A stretch of 64,000 nucleotides of DNA from Planctomycetota bacterium (GCA_038212275.1 JBBQUR010000007.1:128001-192000); one strand, 5' to 3'; positions 1 to 10,000 are shown, counted from the stretch's first letter. Notes: generated by a model not told the origin, from the letters alone. Numbers and translations: made by a program.

Positions 1-367
1 GCGCCAGGTTGGTCGGCTGTCCGCTCGCGAAGAGGTACAGCAGCGACTCCGCGTCGCTCTCGCTGCGGAACGGATAGCCGCGCGCGGAGAGTTCCTCGCG
101 CAGCAGGTGCTCGTCGTACAGCTCGCCGTTGAAGGTCAGGCCGACGAGACCGTCGGGCGTGAGCATCGGCTGGCGGCCGCGCTCGGAGAGGTCGAGGATC
201 GAGAGCCGCCGGTGCGCCAGGGCGCAGCTACCGGTGGGATCGAGCCAGACGCCTGCGTCATCCGGCCCGCGATGCGTCAGCGTGTCGCGCATCGCCGTGG
301 CGATGGCGAGCAATTCGGGCCCCGCGAAGTGGCCGCCCATCGAGACGATGCCCGCGATGCCGCACAT
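1..367 (-). CDS. asnB: Asparagine synthase (glutamine-hydrolysing)-like amidotransferase, N-terminal part; runs off the window edge
   Basis: Own translation MCGIAG...HRGPDDAG...AHRRLSILDLSERGRQPM...FNGELY, a class II glutamine amidotransferase with Cys2. The ATG overlaps the upstream TGA (TGATG). Confidence 0.92.
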   Translation of the reverse strand, partial: MCGIAGIVSMGGHFAGPELLAIATAMRDTLTHRGPDDAGVWLDPTGSCALAHRRLSILDLSERGRQPMLTPDGLVGLTFNGELYDEHLLREELSARGYPFRSESDAESLLYLFASGQPTNLA

Positions 368-2436
368 CAGCCCGACGAGCTCCTCGCCGTCGCGTTCAAG
401 CCCGCAGCCGCGCGCAGCGCCGCCAGATCCGTGAAGGCGCCGTAGCGCCCGCGCCGCGCGACGTCCGCGCGCTCCGCGAGCGTCTGCTCGACGGCCCCGT
501 CCACAAGCAGGCCCTTGCGCGCCAGCGCCTCCTGCGCGGCGCGTTCGTGGTAGCGCTTGAAGATCTCGCCGGGCTCCAGCGGGTGGAGGCCGTCGGGAGT
601 CGGCAGTCCACGGTTGGCCACCGCGATGTTGCGTGGCCGGAACAGCGGCGCGAACGCCGGCACGGCCAGGTGCAGCATGGCGGGCATCTCGGCCCAGCCA
701 TTCACGTCGATCGGCACGAGGCGGCTGTCGCAGAAGCTGTCGAGATCGATGACGCCCATCGGTTCGAGCAGGTCGTGCACGAGATACCAGCCGACGCGCG
801 CACCGAACGACAGCGCATCGAGCGGAAGCTGAAGCACGTACTCGCCCGCACCCTTGAATGCGACGTAGCTCAGCGGGTGCTCGGGGGCGCCCTCACTCGC
901 CACGATGAGGCCCGGACAACGCATGTGCCGAAGCGCGTCGTGCGGATCGGTGACCAGCACGCGCAGCGGGAAGCGGCGCGCGTATGTCCGGCCCGCCTCC
1001 GCGAGGATGCCGTCGAGCACGTCCAGCATGCCGGCAGGATCCACGCGATCGAGCGACCGGCAGCCCGCGGCGCGCGCCTCGCGCAGCACGTCCCGCGCCT
1101 CCGCGAGCGCGGCGCCCCATCCGCGCGTCTGCGCGGCGAAATCCGTGAAGACGTCGAGCCGCTCCGTGACCGGGTACACCACCACCGGCGAGAGATTGAG
1201 TCCGATGTCATGCTCGATCGCGAAACGCAGGTTGAAGGGCAGCTCGAGCAGATTCGACTTCACGACGATCATGCCGACGCTGAAGACGCGCTTCGGCGCG
1301 TCGTACTCGCCGACGGCGCGCAGCACGTTCTCGAGCACCGAGCTGAAGCGTGCCCCGGCGCGCAGGCGCCCGAAGCTGGCCGGCAGGAAGCTGTCCATCG
1401 AGACGCTCGCATTGACGCGCGGGAAGCGCCGCAGCTTCTCGAGCTCCGCGGCGTCAAGCATGGTGCCGTTGCTCGTGAAGCCGAAGGTCAGGTTCGGGTT
1501 GTGCTCCGTGCGATAGCCGTCCACGAATTCGCGGAAGCGGCGGATGAGGTACGGCTCGCCGCCATGCCAGATGAACTGGTGCAGGTACGGCACGTGCGCC
1601 AGCACGTCCACCTCGGTCTCGGCGCGGTGCTGCACCTTCGCGCTGCGCACCGTGTTCTGGCTGCACGCGGGACAGTCGATGTTGCAGTCGGCCGTCCCGA
1701 TGAACGAGATCATGCTCGGCCTGGAGGCGACCTCGCTGCGCCCGGCCCGGTATTCCTCGAACGCCAGCAGCAGGTTGCGCCCCGACGTCGAGTCGCGCTC
1801 GAGCGTGGCCAGCAAGACGCGGTGGTCGCGCCAGCGCAACTCGTAATGACGTCCGTTGGTGACCGGGTCGCTGCCGTCGGTCGTCGAGAAGTAGAGCGTC
1901 TTGCCCCACACGGAGTAGCGCCCGCCGCCCTGCGTGCGGATCGCATCGTGCGGGCAGTCGGGCAGCGGCAGCGGCGCGTCGTCCTCGAAGAGCAGCGCCG
2001 GCTCGGCGGGCGCCTCGGCTGGCGCAGATGCTCGGCCGGCAGCGAGCGCGGCGCGGAAACTCTCGGGAATGGTGGCGACCCAGCAGCGGCCGGTCTCCGG
2101 TGCGAAGGCCGCGGGCCAGCTGAAGCCCGGGTAGCTTCCGTTGCCCCAGCTCCAGGCGACGCACTTGTGGCAGGGAGTGCCCTGCGTCGCGCCGCTCGCG
2201 TTGGCACGTCGCAGTTCCTGCCAGGCGGCGCCGTTCCAGATCTCGTCGAGGCTGTTCGCGTTCGTGTTGCCCAGCGGCTTGCCGCTGTTGCCGTATCCGC
2301 TCCAGAAGCAGCACGGCACGACCTCGCCGGTGAGGTCCACGATCATCTGCTGCCACGGGTAGGCGCAGACCGAAGCGGCCGCCGGATCGTCGCCGTTCGC
2401 GGCCGACGGCGTTTCGCCCGGCTCGCCCGTCAGCAC
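367..2436 (-). CDS. Radical SAM protein with N-terminal SPASM/twitch-like domain
   Basis: N-terminal CAYPW...GEVVPCC...EIWNG...CHKC; core CNIDCPAC (CxxxCxxC), GGEP, SNGT, SMDS. Confidence 0.85.
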   Translation of the reverse strand: MLTGEPGETPSAANGDDPAAASVCAYPWQQMIVDLTGEVVPCCFWSGYGNSGKPLGNTNANSLDEIWNGAAWQELRRANASGATQGTPCHKCVAWSWGNGSYPGFSWPAAFAPETGRCWVATIPESFRAALAAGRASAPAEAPAEPALLFEDDAPLPLPDCPHDAIRTQGGGRYSVWGKTLYFSTTDGSDPVTNGRHYELRWRDHRVLLATLERDSTSGRNLLLAFEEYRAGRSEVASRPSMISFIGTADCNIDCPACSQNTVRSAKVQHRAETEVDVLAHVPYLHQFIWHGGEPYLIRRFREFVDGYRTEHNPNLTFGFTSNGTMLDAAELEKLRRFPRVNASVSMDSFLPASFGRLRAGARFSSVLENVLRAVGEYDAPKRVFSVGMIVVKSNLLELPFNLRFAIEHDIGLNLSPVVVYPVTERLDVFTDFAAQTRGWGAALAEARDVLREARAAGCRSLDRVDPAGMLDVLDGILAEAGRTYARRFPLRVLVTDPHDALRHMRCPGLIVASEGAPEHPLSYVAFKGAGEYVLQLPLDALSFGARVGWYLVHDLLEPMGVIDLDSFCDSRLVPIDVNGWAEMPAMLHLAVPAFAPLFRPRNIAVANRGLPTPDGLHPLEPGEIFKRYHERAAQEALARKGLLVDGAVEQTLAERADVARRGRYGAFTDLAALRAAAGLNATARSSSG

Positions 2437-2523
2437 CTTGTTCGCCCGGTGCGCACCGCCCGGACCCCACCCGTCGCGCCATCACGCGCCCGGCGCGCGG
2501 CTCTCCCGGCAGCAGTCCCGCCG

Positions 2524-3339
2524 CTACACGAAATTGCCGAAAAAGACCTTGAGCCGATCGAAGGCACGGTAGCTCACCCCTGCGACGAGGAACGAAAGCA
2601 CTGTAACAACAAGCCACGACCACGGGTGTGCGAACGTGCCCCAGAAGAGGCAGTCGCGCATCACGTTCATGTAGTGGGTGAACGGGTTGAGCTGCAGCAT
2701 CCACTGCAGCGGAGCCGGCAGCCCCGCGACCATCGCCGGCGGGTAGAACGCGGGTGTCAGGTAGATGCCGAGCGTCGTGAACACGGCCACGACCTCTTTG
2801 GCGTCGCGCAGGAAAACCGACAGAGCGCCCAGGGCGAGCGCGACGCCCAGCATCCCGAGCCCCTGCAGCAGCAGCACCAGCGGCAGCAGCGCCCAGCTGC
2901 CCAGGCCTTCCTGGAAGCGCACGACCACATAGATCAGCAGCACGGCGATGCCCACGAGCTGCGGCACCATCGCCGCCAGCACGGTCTTCACCGGCAGCAC
3001 TTCGGCCGGGAAGTCCGCCTGCTTCACGAGGCTCGCGCCGCCGATCACGGATGAGCAGCCGTTGTTGAGCACCGCCGCCCAGGCGGACCACGACAGCAGG
3101 CCCGCGATCAGGTAGGCGATCATGTCGAGGCGCGGTGCATCGTCGCCGGCAAAGCGGATCTTGATGATGAAGTTGAACACGACGACGTAGACCAGCGTCT
3201 GCAGCAGCGGGTGCAGCAGTGCCCACGCCACACCGAATCCCGATCCGGCGAAGGGCGCGAACAGCTCGCGGCGCGTGAGCCCCAGCGCCAGCTCGCGGTG
3301 GCGCCGCAAGCTGCGGAACAAGCCGGCCAGCCCGATCAT
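2524..3339 (-). CDS. ABC-2 type polysaccharide/O-antigen export permease (Wzm-like)
   Basis: GSGFGVAWALLHPLL, FPAEVLP, FLRD, LTPAFYP, LNPFTH motifs; about 6 TM helices. Confidence 0.9.
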   Translation of the reverse strand: MIGLAGLFRSLRRHRELALGLTRRELFAPFAGSGFGVAWALLHPLLQTLVYVVVFNFIIKIRFAGDDAPRLDMIAYLIAGLLSWSAWAAVLNNGCSSVIGGASLVKQADFPAEVLPVKTVLAAMVPQLVGIAVLLIYVVVRFQEGLGSWALLPLVLLLQGLGMLGVALALGALSVFLRDAKEVVAVFTTLGIYLTPAFYPPAMVAGLPAPLQWMLQLNPFTHYMNVMRDCLFWGTFAHPWSWLVVTVLSFLVAGVSYRAFDRLKVFFGNFV

Positions 3340-4256
3340 GCCTCGCCTGCCACGGGCGGGACGCGGCCGCGCAGCAGCGGCTCCACACGTGTCAGCACTC
3401 CGAGCAGGCGCCGCTCGGCGGCCGGGCGATGACGCTGGAACCAGAGCGCGCGGCCCTCACGCACGTGGCCTTCGATGCGAGGCTCGCGCCGGCGCCCGGC
3501 GTGCGGGTGATGGTGGCTCAGGCGCACGGCCGGAACGTAGTGCGTGGTCCACCCGCGCTGCAATGCGCGCGCCGCCAGGTCCACATCCTCGTAGTAGAGG
3601 AAGAAGGCCTCGTCGAAGCCGCCGAGCGTGCGGAAGGTTTCCGCGCGGACGAAGACGCAGGCGCCGGTGACCCAGTCGACGCGGCCGGCGCGATGTGCGC
3701 TGCGCGATAGGTAGGGCCGCGCTGCGGCCGGAAGCGGAAGCCGCGCCAGCAGGCGCCGCAACGTGGGGAAGCTGCCTGCGGACGGCAGCCACTGCCCGCG
3801 GCTGTCGTGCAGCGCGGGGCCCAGCAGGCCGGCATCGCGTGGCGCGGCGGAGAGCGCGTCCGGCAGCGCCGCGAGGCCGCCGCCCGACAGCGAGAGGTCC
3901 GCGTTGCTGCACGCCAGCCAGCGCCCGCCGGCCAGGGCCGCCGCGCGGTTGAGCGCCGCGCCGTAACCGACATTGCGCGGCAGCTCGAGCACGACGGCGT
4001 CCGGCGCCAGGTGCCTCGCCAGACTGGCAGAACCGTCGGACGACGCGTTGTCCGCGATGATCAGCTCGCAGCGCAGGCCCTGCGCGCCGAGGTCGGCCAG
4101 TGCCGCGCGGAGCGCCGGCAACAGCAGGGCAAGGTCGGAGGCACTGTCGTGGCTGACGACCAGCCAGGACAGCGCGAGCTCTCCGGCCCCGGCATTCAGC
4201 ATGAGCACATCTCCGGCGACGGACGCCGCGGCGGGCCGCGGCGCAGATCGCGCCAA
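3336..4256 (-). CDS. Glycosyltransferase family 2
   Basis: IADNASSDGS, NVGYGAALN, NAD, GFDEAFFLYYEDVDL. Start uncertain (alternative ATG near 4209). Confidence 0.9.
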   Translation of the reverse strand: MARSAPRPAAASVAGDVLMLNAGAGELALSWLVVSHDSASDLALLLPALRAALADLGAQGLRCELIIADNASSDGSASLARHLAPDAVVLELPRNVGYGAALNRAAALAGGRWLACSNADLSLSGGGLAALPDALSAAPRDAGLLGPALHDSRGQWLPSAGSFPTLRRLLARLPLPAAARPYLSRSAHRAGRVDWVTGACVFVRAETFRTLGGFDEAFFLYYEDVDLAARALQRGWTTHYVPAVRLSHHHPHAGRRREPRIEGHVREGRALWFQRHRPAAERRLLGVLTRVEPLLRGRVPPVAGEA

Positions 4257-4315
4257 GGATGCGTCATTGCGGCGCGGCGCTCAACACGGCGCGCCGCGCA
4301 TCGCGAGCCGGGACC

Positions 4316-7105
4316 TCAGGGCGTGGTGCCTTCCACCGCGTTGGTGGAAGCGACTCCCTTGATGGCGACGGGGTCCGCGATCCAGACCTGGAACCAGAGC
4401 TTGAATCCGCTCGGCAGGCCCGATGGCCAGGTCGTGGAGAGCGAGTAGAAGCCCGTCGGATTGGTCGGGATCGTCAGCACGATGTTCGGCGCCGGCACGA
4501 TCGTGCCGCCCTTGAAGGGCAGGTTGATCGCGGAGAGTCCGACGAAGAAGGCCGTCGTCGCGGAGCCCTTCGCGTTGGCGACGAAGAAGGCGATGGGCGT
4601 GCCGGGTTGCAGCGTGCCGGAAGCACCCAGCACCGGCAGGCCCTTGACCCCGGCCAGCGCGCCGCCGAGATCCTGCAGCGGGTCGGCGTGAACCGGCGTC
4701 TCGTTGCGGTAGTAGCCGGCCGTCTCGTTCTGGTTGGCGACGACGAGGTCCAGGTCACCGTCGTGGTCGAGGTCCGCGAACTCCGCGTCGCGCGAGTTGC
4801 CGCCGTCGTCCGCGACGACCCCCGTGCCCTTGCTGAAGTTGCCGGAACCGTCGTTCACATAGAGATAGTTGCTCACGCCGAGCGCATTGGGCACGAAGAG
4901 ATCGAGGTCGAGGTCGCCGTCGATGTCGGCCCACGCCGCCTGGCGGGAGGCGCCGACGTCCGTGGCCACCGGGCCCGTGACCACGCGCACGAAGGTGCCG
5001 AGCGCGCCGCCCTGGCTGTTGCCCTGGTTGGTGTAGAGGAAGTTCACGGTGTCGCCGTTCGACACGAACAGGTCCTCGTCGCCGTCGCCGTCCTTGTCGC
5101 CCCACGCGCCGGAGAAGGAATTGCCGCCGTCGTTGGCCACCGGACCCGTCGTGTCGGCCACGAAGAGGCCGTTGAATCCGCCCTGCAGGCCACCCGTATT
5201 GGTGAACAGGAAGTTGTTGCCCGCGCGATTGGCGATGAACAGGTCGAGGTCGCCGTCGGCGTCCTTGTCGCCCCAGGCGACGCCGTAGTTTTCCCCGACG
5301 CTGTTGGTGATCACCGTGGTGATCGACGTGAACGTTCCCTCGGTGCCGCCCTGCGTGCCGCCCATGTTGAGGTACAGGAAGTTCTTCTCGAAATTGCTGT
5401 TCGCGAAAATGAGGTCGAGGTCGCCGTCGCCGTCCATGTCGCCCCACGAGACGTCACGGCTGGTGCCGCCCGCGTTCACGACCGGGATGCTGGTGTGCTT
5501 GAAGAACGTACCTTCGACGCCGCCCTGCATGCCGCCGAGGTTCTGGTAGAGGGAGTTGTCGCCGTTCGGATTGCCGAGGCGGTCGGCCGTCGCGAGATCG
5601 AGGTCGCCGTCACCGTCGGCATCACCCCATTCGGCGCCCCACGTGTCGCCGCCGTCGCCGATGAGGGCGCCGGTCAGCACGCGCGCGAACGTGCCCTCGG
5701 TTCCGTTCTGGGCGCCGCCGTTGTTCCGGTAGAGCGCATTGTTCTGGTTGTCGGTGTTGGCCACGTACACATCGATGTCGCCGTCGCCGTCGTAGTCTCC
5801 GAGCGCGGAATCGAAGTGCTTGAGCACGTCGGTGGCCAGCGGGTCGTCCGTGATCTTGATGAAGGTTCCGACGCCGCTGTTGCGGTACTGGAAGTTCAGG
5901 CTGCCTCCGGCCGAGGTCGTGTTGGCGATCAGGAGGTCGAGGTCGCCGTCGTCGTCGTAGTCGACAAATCCCGCAGCATTGCCTGCACCTGCGTCCGCAG
6001 CGACGGGGCCGGTGCTCACGAGCGTGAACTGGCCGCCCGCGCCGTCGTTGCGCCAGAGCGCGTTGCCGGCGGTGCAGCAGTTGGCGATCACGAGGTCGAG
6101 GTCGCCGTCGTTGTCGTAGTCCCCGAGTGCAAGGTCGTTGGTCTGGGACAGGGTGTTCACGAAGGCGCCGGTCGTCACCTTCACGAAGCTGCCTTCGACA
6201 CCGCCCTGCACGCCGCCCGCATTCAGGTACACCGCGGGCACCTGGATGAGGTTGCCGACGACGAGGTCGAGGTCGTCGTCGCCATCGAGGTCACCGAAGG
6301 CGCAGGCGTGGCTGTCGCCGCCATCGTTTGCGGGCACGACACCCGTGACCTTGGTGAAGACGCCGGAGCCGTCGTTCAGGTAGAGGAAGTTGTTCTGGTT
6401 GCTCGAGTTGGCCACGAAGAGGTCGAGGTCGCCGTCGCCATCGATGTCCCCGAAGGCCGCGTCGGAGGAATTGCCGGCGTCGGTGACCGGCGCACCCACG
6501 AGGGCCTTGCCGAAGGTACCGATGGTGCCGCCCTGCGCCCCGCCGAGGTTGCGATACAGGAAGTTGTTCTGGCCGGACGCGTTGGCGACGAAGAGGTCCA
6601 GGTCGCCGTCGCCGTCGATGTCACCGAAGGCGCAAGCGCGGCTGTCGCCGCCGTCGGTTCCAACTGCCTCGCCGAAGGCCTTGATGAACGTGCCTGTCGC
6701 GCCGCCCTGCAGGCCGCCTTGATTGCGGTAAAGCGTGTTGTTGCCGCCGCCGCGGTTGGCGACGAACACGTCGACGTCTCCGTCGTCGTCGATGTCGCCC
6801 ATGCACACGTCGTCGCTGTTGCCGCCGTCGTTGGGCAGCGGTCCGGAGGTGACCTGAGTGAAGACGCCGGCTCCGTCGTTGCGGAAGTACTGGTTGTTGG
6901 TGGTCGTGACGCCGTTGGCCACCAGGAGGTCGAGATCGCCGTCGCCGTCGAGGTCGCCCCAGGCGAAGCCGAGCGACTCGCCGGGCGTCGTCGCGACCGG
7001 ACCGCTCACCACTTTCTGGAATCCTGCCGTCTGAGCGACGACCAACGGGCCGGCGCCAGCGAGAAGGAACGCGACGGAAAGGGCGATGCAGTGCGGATTC
7101 GGCAT
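4316..7105 (-). CDS. Secreted FG-GAP/VCBS repeat protein (14 repeats) with shared C-terminal domain
   Basis: Signal peptide MPNPHCIALSVAFLLAGAGPLVVAQ; 14 D-x-D-[GDNAH]-D-[GDL]-D-x-D repeats; C-terminal PFKGG domain. Confidence 0.9.
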   Translation of the reverse strand: MPNPHCIALSVAFLLAGAGPLVVAQTAGFQKVVSGPVATTPGESLGFAWGDLDGDGDLDLLVANGVTTTNNQYFRNDGAGVFTQVTSGPLPNDGGNSDDVCMGDIDDDGDVDVFVANRGGGNNTLYRNQGGLQGGATGTFIKAFGEAVGTDGGDSRACAFGDIDGDGDLDLFVANASGQNNFLYRNLGGAQGGTIGTFGKALVGAPVTDAGNSSDAAFGDIDGDGDLDLFVANSSNQNNFLYLNDGSGVFTKVTGVVPANDGGDSHACAFGDLDGDDDLDLVVGNLIQVPAVYLNAGGVQGGVEGSFVKVTTGAFVNTLSQTNDLALGDYDNDGDLDLVIANCCTAGNALWRNDGAGGQFTLVSTGPVAADAGAGNAAGFVDYDDDGDLDLLIANTTSAGGSLNFQYRNSGVGTFIKITDDPLATDVLKHFDSALGDYDGDGDIDVYVANTDNQNNALYRNNGGAQNGTEGTFARVLTGALIGDGGDTWGAEWGDADGDGDLDLATADRLGNPNGDNSLYQNLGGMQGGVEGTFFKHTSIPVVNAGGTSRDVSWGDMDGDGDLDLIFANSNFEKNFLYLNMGGTQGGTEGTFTSITTVITNSVGENYGVAWGDKDADGDLDLFIANRAGNNFLFTNTGGLQGGFNGLFVADTTGPVANDGGNSFSGAWGDKDGDGDEDLFVSNGDTVNFLYTNQGNSQGGALGTFVRVVTGPVATDVGASRQAAWADIDGDLDLDLFVPNALGVSNYLYVNDGSGNFSKGTGVVADDGGNSRDAEFADLDHDGDLDLVVANQNETAGYYRNETPVHADPLQDLGGALAGVKGLPVLGASGTLQPGTPIAFFVANAKGSATTAFFVGLSAINLPFKGGTIVPAPNIVLTIPTNPTGFYSLSTTWPSGLPSGFKLWFQVWIADPVAIKGVASTNAVEGTTP

Positions 7106-7323
7106 GAGGTGGCCTCGGGTGGTCATGTGGTCATTCGTCGGGTGCGGCGAGATGGCTTGAGGGAAGCTTGAGAGAATTTGGAGACAGTCTGCTGCAGGAA
7201 GGCTCCCGGCGCACGGATTCCAGCCCTGGAATTGCCCGACGGACGGCCCGCGCAACCCTCGCTCCGTAGAAACCAGCGGGCACCGACTTTGGTTACGCGG
7301 CGCAACTCTGCCACGATGGGACG

Positions 7324-8037
7324 ATGATCGCGCTCTTCGTCGGCCTTCTCGCGGGCGTCCAGCATGCGCTGACCGGGCCCGACCACATGGCAGGTGTAGC
7401 GCCCTTCGCCGCCGGCGGCGGTCGCGCCGCCTGGCGCGTCGGAGTCCGCTGGGGGCTTGGCCACGCCGCGGGCGCCAGCCTCGCGGCGCTCGCAGCGCTC
7501 GCGGTGCGGTCCCGGCTTCCGGGCATCGAGGAGCGGCTCTCCGGCGTTTCGGAGATCGTGGTCGGAGTCGCGCTGCTGCTCATCGGGAGCCTCGGCCTGG
7601 GCACCGCCATGCGCCGAAGCATGCAGGACGACACCCACCGGCACGGGCCACTGGTGCATCGGCACTGGCGCTGGCGCTGGCGCGAGCAGCCCGCCGAGGA
7701 CATCGGAGCCGGGTGCGCGACTGGCGACACACTCGCGGAGGCCTCAGGGCCGGCACGTCATCCCCACGCAGCCTTCTGGCTGGGCACGCTGCACGGCGCG
7801 GCGGGACTGAGCCACGTCTTTGCCGTGCTCCCCGCGCTCGCCCTTCCCGGCTGGGGCCAGCCGCTCCTCTACCTCAGCGGCTACGGATTCGGCAGCCTGG
7901 CGGCCATCGCGGGCTTCACCGCGGCCCTCGGCCGCCTCCTTCCTGGCAACTCCGAGCGCTCGCTGCGCATCTCCCTCGGCGTGGCGAGCGCGGCATCCGT
8001 CATCGTCGGCGCGATCTGGATCACGCTGTCCGTCTGA
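7324..8037 (+). CDS. Nickel/cobalt permease-like membrane protein (NiCoT/UreH/SodT-like)
   Basis: HALTGPDHMAG, WGLGHA, His-rich loop HRHGPLVHRH, GTLHGAAG; multiple TM helices. Confidence 0.8.
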   Translation: MIALFVGLLAGVQHALTGPDHMAGVAPFAAGGGRAAWRVGVRWGLGHAAGASLAALAALAVRSRLPGIEERLSGVSEIVVGVALLLIGSLGLGTAMRRSMQDDTHRHGPLVHRHWRWRWREQPAEDIGAGCATGDTLAEASGPARHPHAAFWLGTLHGAAGLSHVFAVLPALALPGWGQPLLYLSGYGFGSLAAIAGFTAALGRLLPGNSERSLRISLGVASAASVIVGAIWITLSV

Positions 8038-8056
8038 GCACGCGACGCGACGGGAG

Positions 8057-8130
8057 TGGGCCCTCTGAGGATCGAACCCAGGACCAACAGATCATGAGTC
8101 CGCTGCTCTCACCAGCTGAGCTGAGGGCCC
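8057..8130 (-). pseudogene. Degenerate full-length copy of tRNA-Ile2(CAU)
   Basis: 65/74 nt identical to 40264-40337. Cloverleaf stems retained, but U8>C, A37>G, altered T-loop and no encoded CCA. Confidence 0.85.
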
Positions 8131-8327
8131 GTCAGCTGCATCCACGTGCGGCGCAAGTGCCTGGACGATCGTGAGTTGGTTGCCCGAAGGCGAGCGCGAA
8201 GCGGTGGTCGGTGTCTGCTTCCATGGCAGCCCGCCAGTGTCGGGCCCCGCACTCCGTGCATGCAAGCCGCCAGACCAGGCACCAGCGATCCCGGCGCCGG
8301 GCTCCGTGCCGGCTCCGCTCACCGCGC

Positions 8328-9782
8328 CTAGCCGATTTCCATCTGCAGGCCCTGCGTGAGGGACACCTGCTTCACCGCGGCCGCGTCGGTGAAGGCGCAC
8401 TGCATGTACACGCTCACGCCGCTGATGACCGGATCGGCCGGCAGCGCCGTGGGCAGCACGAGACCGCCCGCGCCGGCGACGCCCGCCGCACCTGCGACGC
8501 CGATGGCCGGCGACAGGAACAGCGAGCTGACCGCGAAGACTCCGCCCTTGAACGGCACCGCCGCGGGGCCGAGCCCGACGAAGAGCACGCCGCTCGCGCC
8601 ACCGACGACGTCACTGATGCTCAGCGTGATGGGCTCGCCGGGCACCGGGCAGCCGCCGCCCATGAGCGCCGGTACGAACGCGCCCTTGCCTTTGAGACCG
8701 ACCGAGTACGGCACCCACGCGCCCGCACACGCCGCCACCGAGATCTCGGTGAGCTGCTCGGCCTCCGCGATGCCGCCGTTGCCGGACACGCCGATGCCCG
8801 TCGGCGTGATGGCGGTGCCATTACCGGTGCTGCCCGGCGCGAACGAGCGCAGCTTGTCCTTGAAGGTGTCGAGCACCACAGCGGTGCCGAGCGCGCTCGA
8901 CCACACGCCATCGTCGATGCGGTAGGTATCGCCCGGCGCTTGCGGGCCGGTCAGCGCGAAGGTCGAGAAGCTCATCGTCGCCGGGTCAAAGTTCAGCAGG
9001 CGGGGCAACGGAACATCAGGGGCCTGATTCGGCGCCATGCACACCACGAGCAGTTTGCCGTCGGGCATGCGCGACAGGCTCACCGGCTCCTCGAGGAACG
9101 ACGACGTGATGTCGATCGACGCGCAGGTCGGCGGCCCGAGCACGCGCGTGCCGTCGGCCGAAAGCGCCAGCTTGCCGACCACGATCTGCTGATGGCCGAC
9201 ATTGTCGCAATCGATGTGCGAGCAGCAGTACAGCGCGTTCGTGCCCGGGTCGTACACCATGCCGCGCGTGTTGAGGAACGGGCCGGCGGGCAACAGGTAA
9301 GACCCGACACCCGCGGCGTCGAGCACGCGGTGCGAGCGGTTCGCGGCGTCGATCCACGCCACGTAGCGCGGGCCGCCGGTGTTCTCGATCGCGAAGATGC
9401 GGCCGTCACCGGCCGGCGCAAACCAGATGAGCTGTGGAACGATGCCGGTATCGGAAAGCTGGCCGGCTCCATCCACCAGCCAGGTGTGCTGGCCGACGAA
9501 GGGCGGATTGGCCGTGGCGCGCCAGATGAGGCGGTGCCGGTACGGATCGAATCCGAGGCCTCCGAAGCCGTTCTGGAAATTGGACGCCTGCATCAAGGTC
9601 GTGACGCCAGAGAACGGATCGATGCGGATGAGCCCCTTCAGCGCGTCGTTGGACAACCAGAGGTCGCCCGGCGTGAAGCCGCCGGCCTGCGCGGCGCAGG
9701 GAACCGCGCCGAGCGCGAAGGCGCCGACGGCGGCGAGGGACAGCAGGGCAGCGCGCAGGGCGCTGGAAGGGGCGGCATTCAT
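8328..9782 (-). CDS. Secreted probable beta-propeller protein with shared C-terminal domain; paralog of 26368-27879
   Basis: Signal peptide ending CAAQA; segments colinear with the 26368 protein (FDPYR, DAAN, LSADG); PFKGG C-terminal domain. Confidence 0.85.
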   Translation of the reverse strand: MNAAPSSALRAALLSLAAVGAFALGAVPCAAQAGGFTPGDLWLSNDALKGLIRIDPFSGVTTLMQASNFQNGFGGLGFDPYRHRLIWRATANPPFVGQHTWLVDGAGQLSDTGIVPQLIWFAPAGDGRIFAIENTGGPRYVAWIDAANRSHRVLDAAGVGSYLLPAGPFLNTRGMVYDPGTNALYCCSHIDCDNVGHQQIVVGKLALSADGTRVLGPPTCASIDITSSFLEEPVSLSRMPDGKLLVVCMAPNQAPDVPLPRLLNFDPATMSFSTFALTGPQAPGDTYRIDDGVWSSALGTAVVLDTFKDKLRSFAPGSTGNGTAITPTGIGVSGNGGIAEAEQLTEISVAACAGAWVPYSVGLKGKGAFVPALMGGGCPVPGEPITLSISDVVGGASGVLFVGLGPAAVPFKGGVFAVSSLFLSPAIGVAGAAGVAGAGGLVLPTALPADPVISGVSVYMQCAFTDAAAVKQVSLTQGLQMEIG

Positions 9783-9890
9783 GGTGATCTCCGGGAAGTC
9801 GTCGCGGGCCGAGCAGCCCGTCCCGGGTACTTATCCGGGATTCCGCGCCGCTGTCTCGCGAAGACCGGCGCGGCCCCGGATTCGCCTGGC

Positions 9891-10000
9891 CTCTCGACGC
9901 CCCTCGCCGCCTCTCGACGCCTCTCGTCGCCTCTCGTCGCCCCTCTTGGCCATGGTCGCCCCTCGTGGCACTTGGTGGCTCCTCATGGCACTTGGTGGCC
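9891..10000. repeat. Degenerate 10-bp-period tandem array
   Basis: CYCTCGHCGC x5, two transitional units, then CCTCRTGGCACTTGGTGGCY x2, in a divergent intergenic region. Confidence 0.8.

Noticed and set aside
4259..7171. Long antisense or off-frame ORFs (e.g. 4259-7171+, 547-3054+, 16615-18948+, 41375-43372-, 49565-51418-)
   Set aside because: Shadows of real genes caused by high-GC codon bias; no motifs.
8160..8270. ECF sigma region 4 fragment (LPEGEREAVV)
   Set aside because: Too short and degenerate to support.
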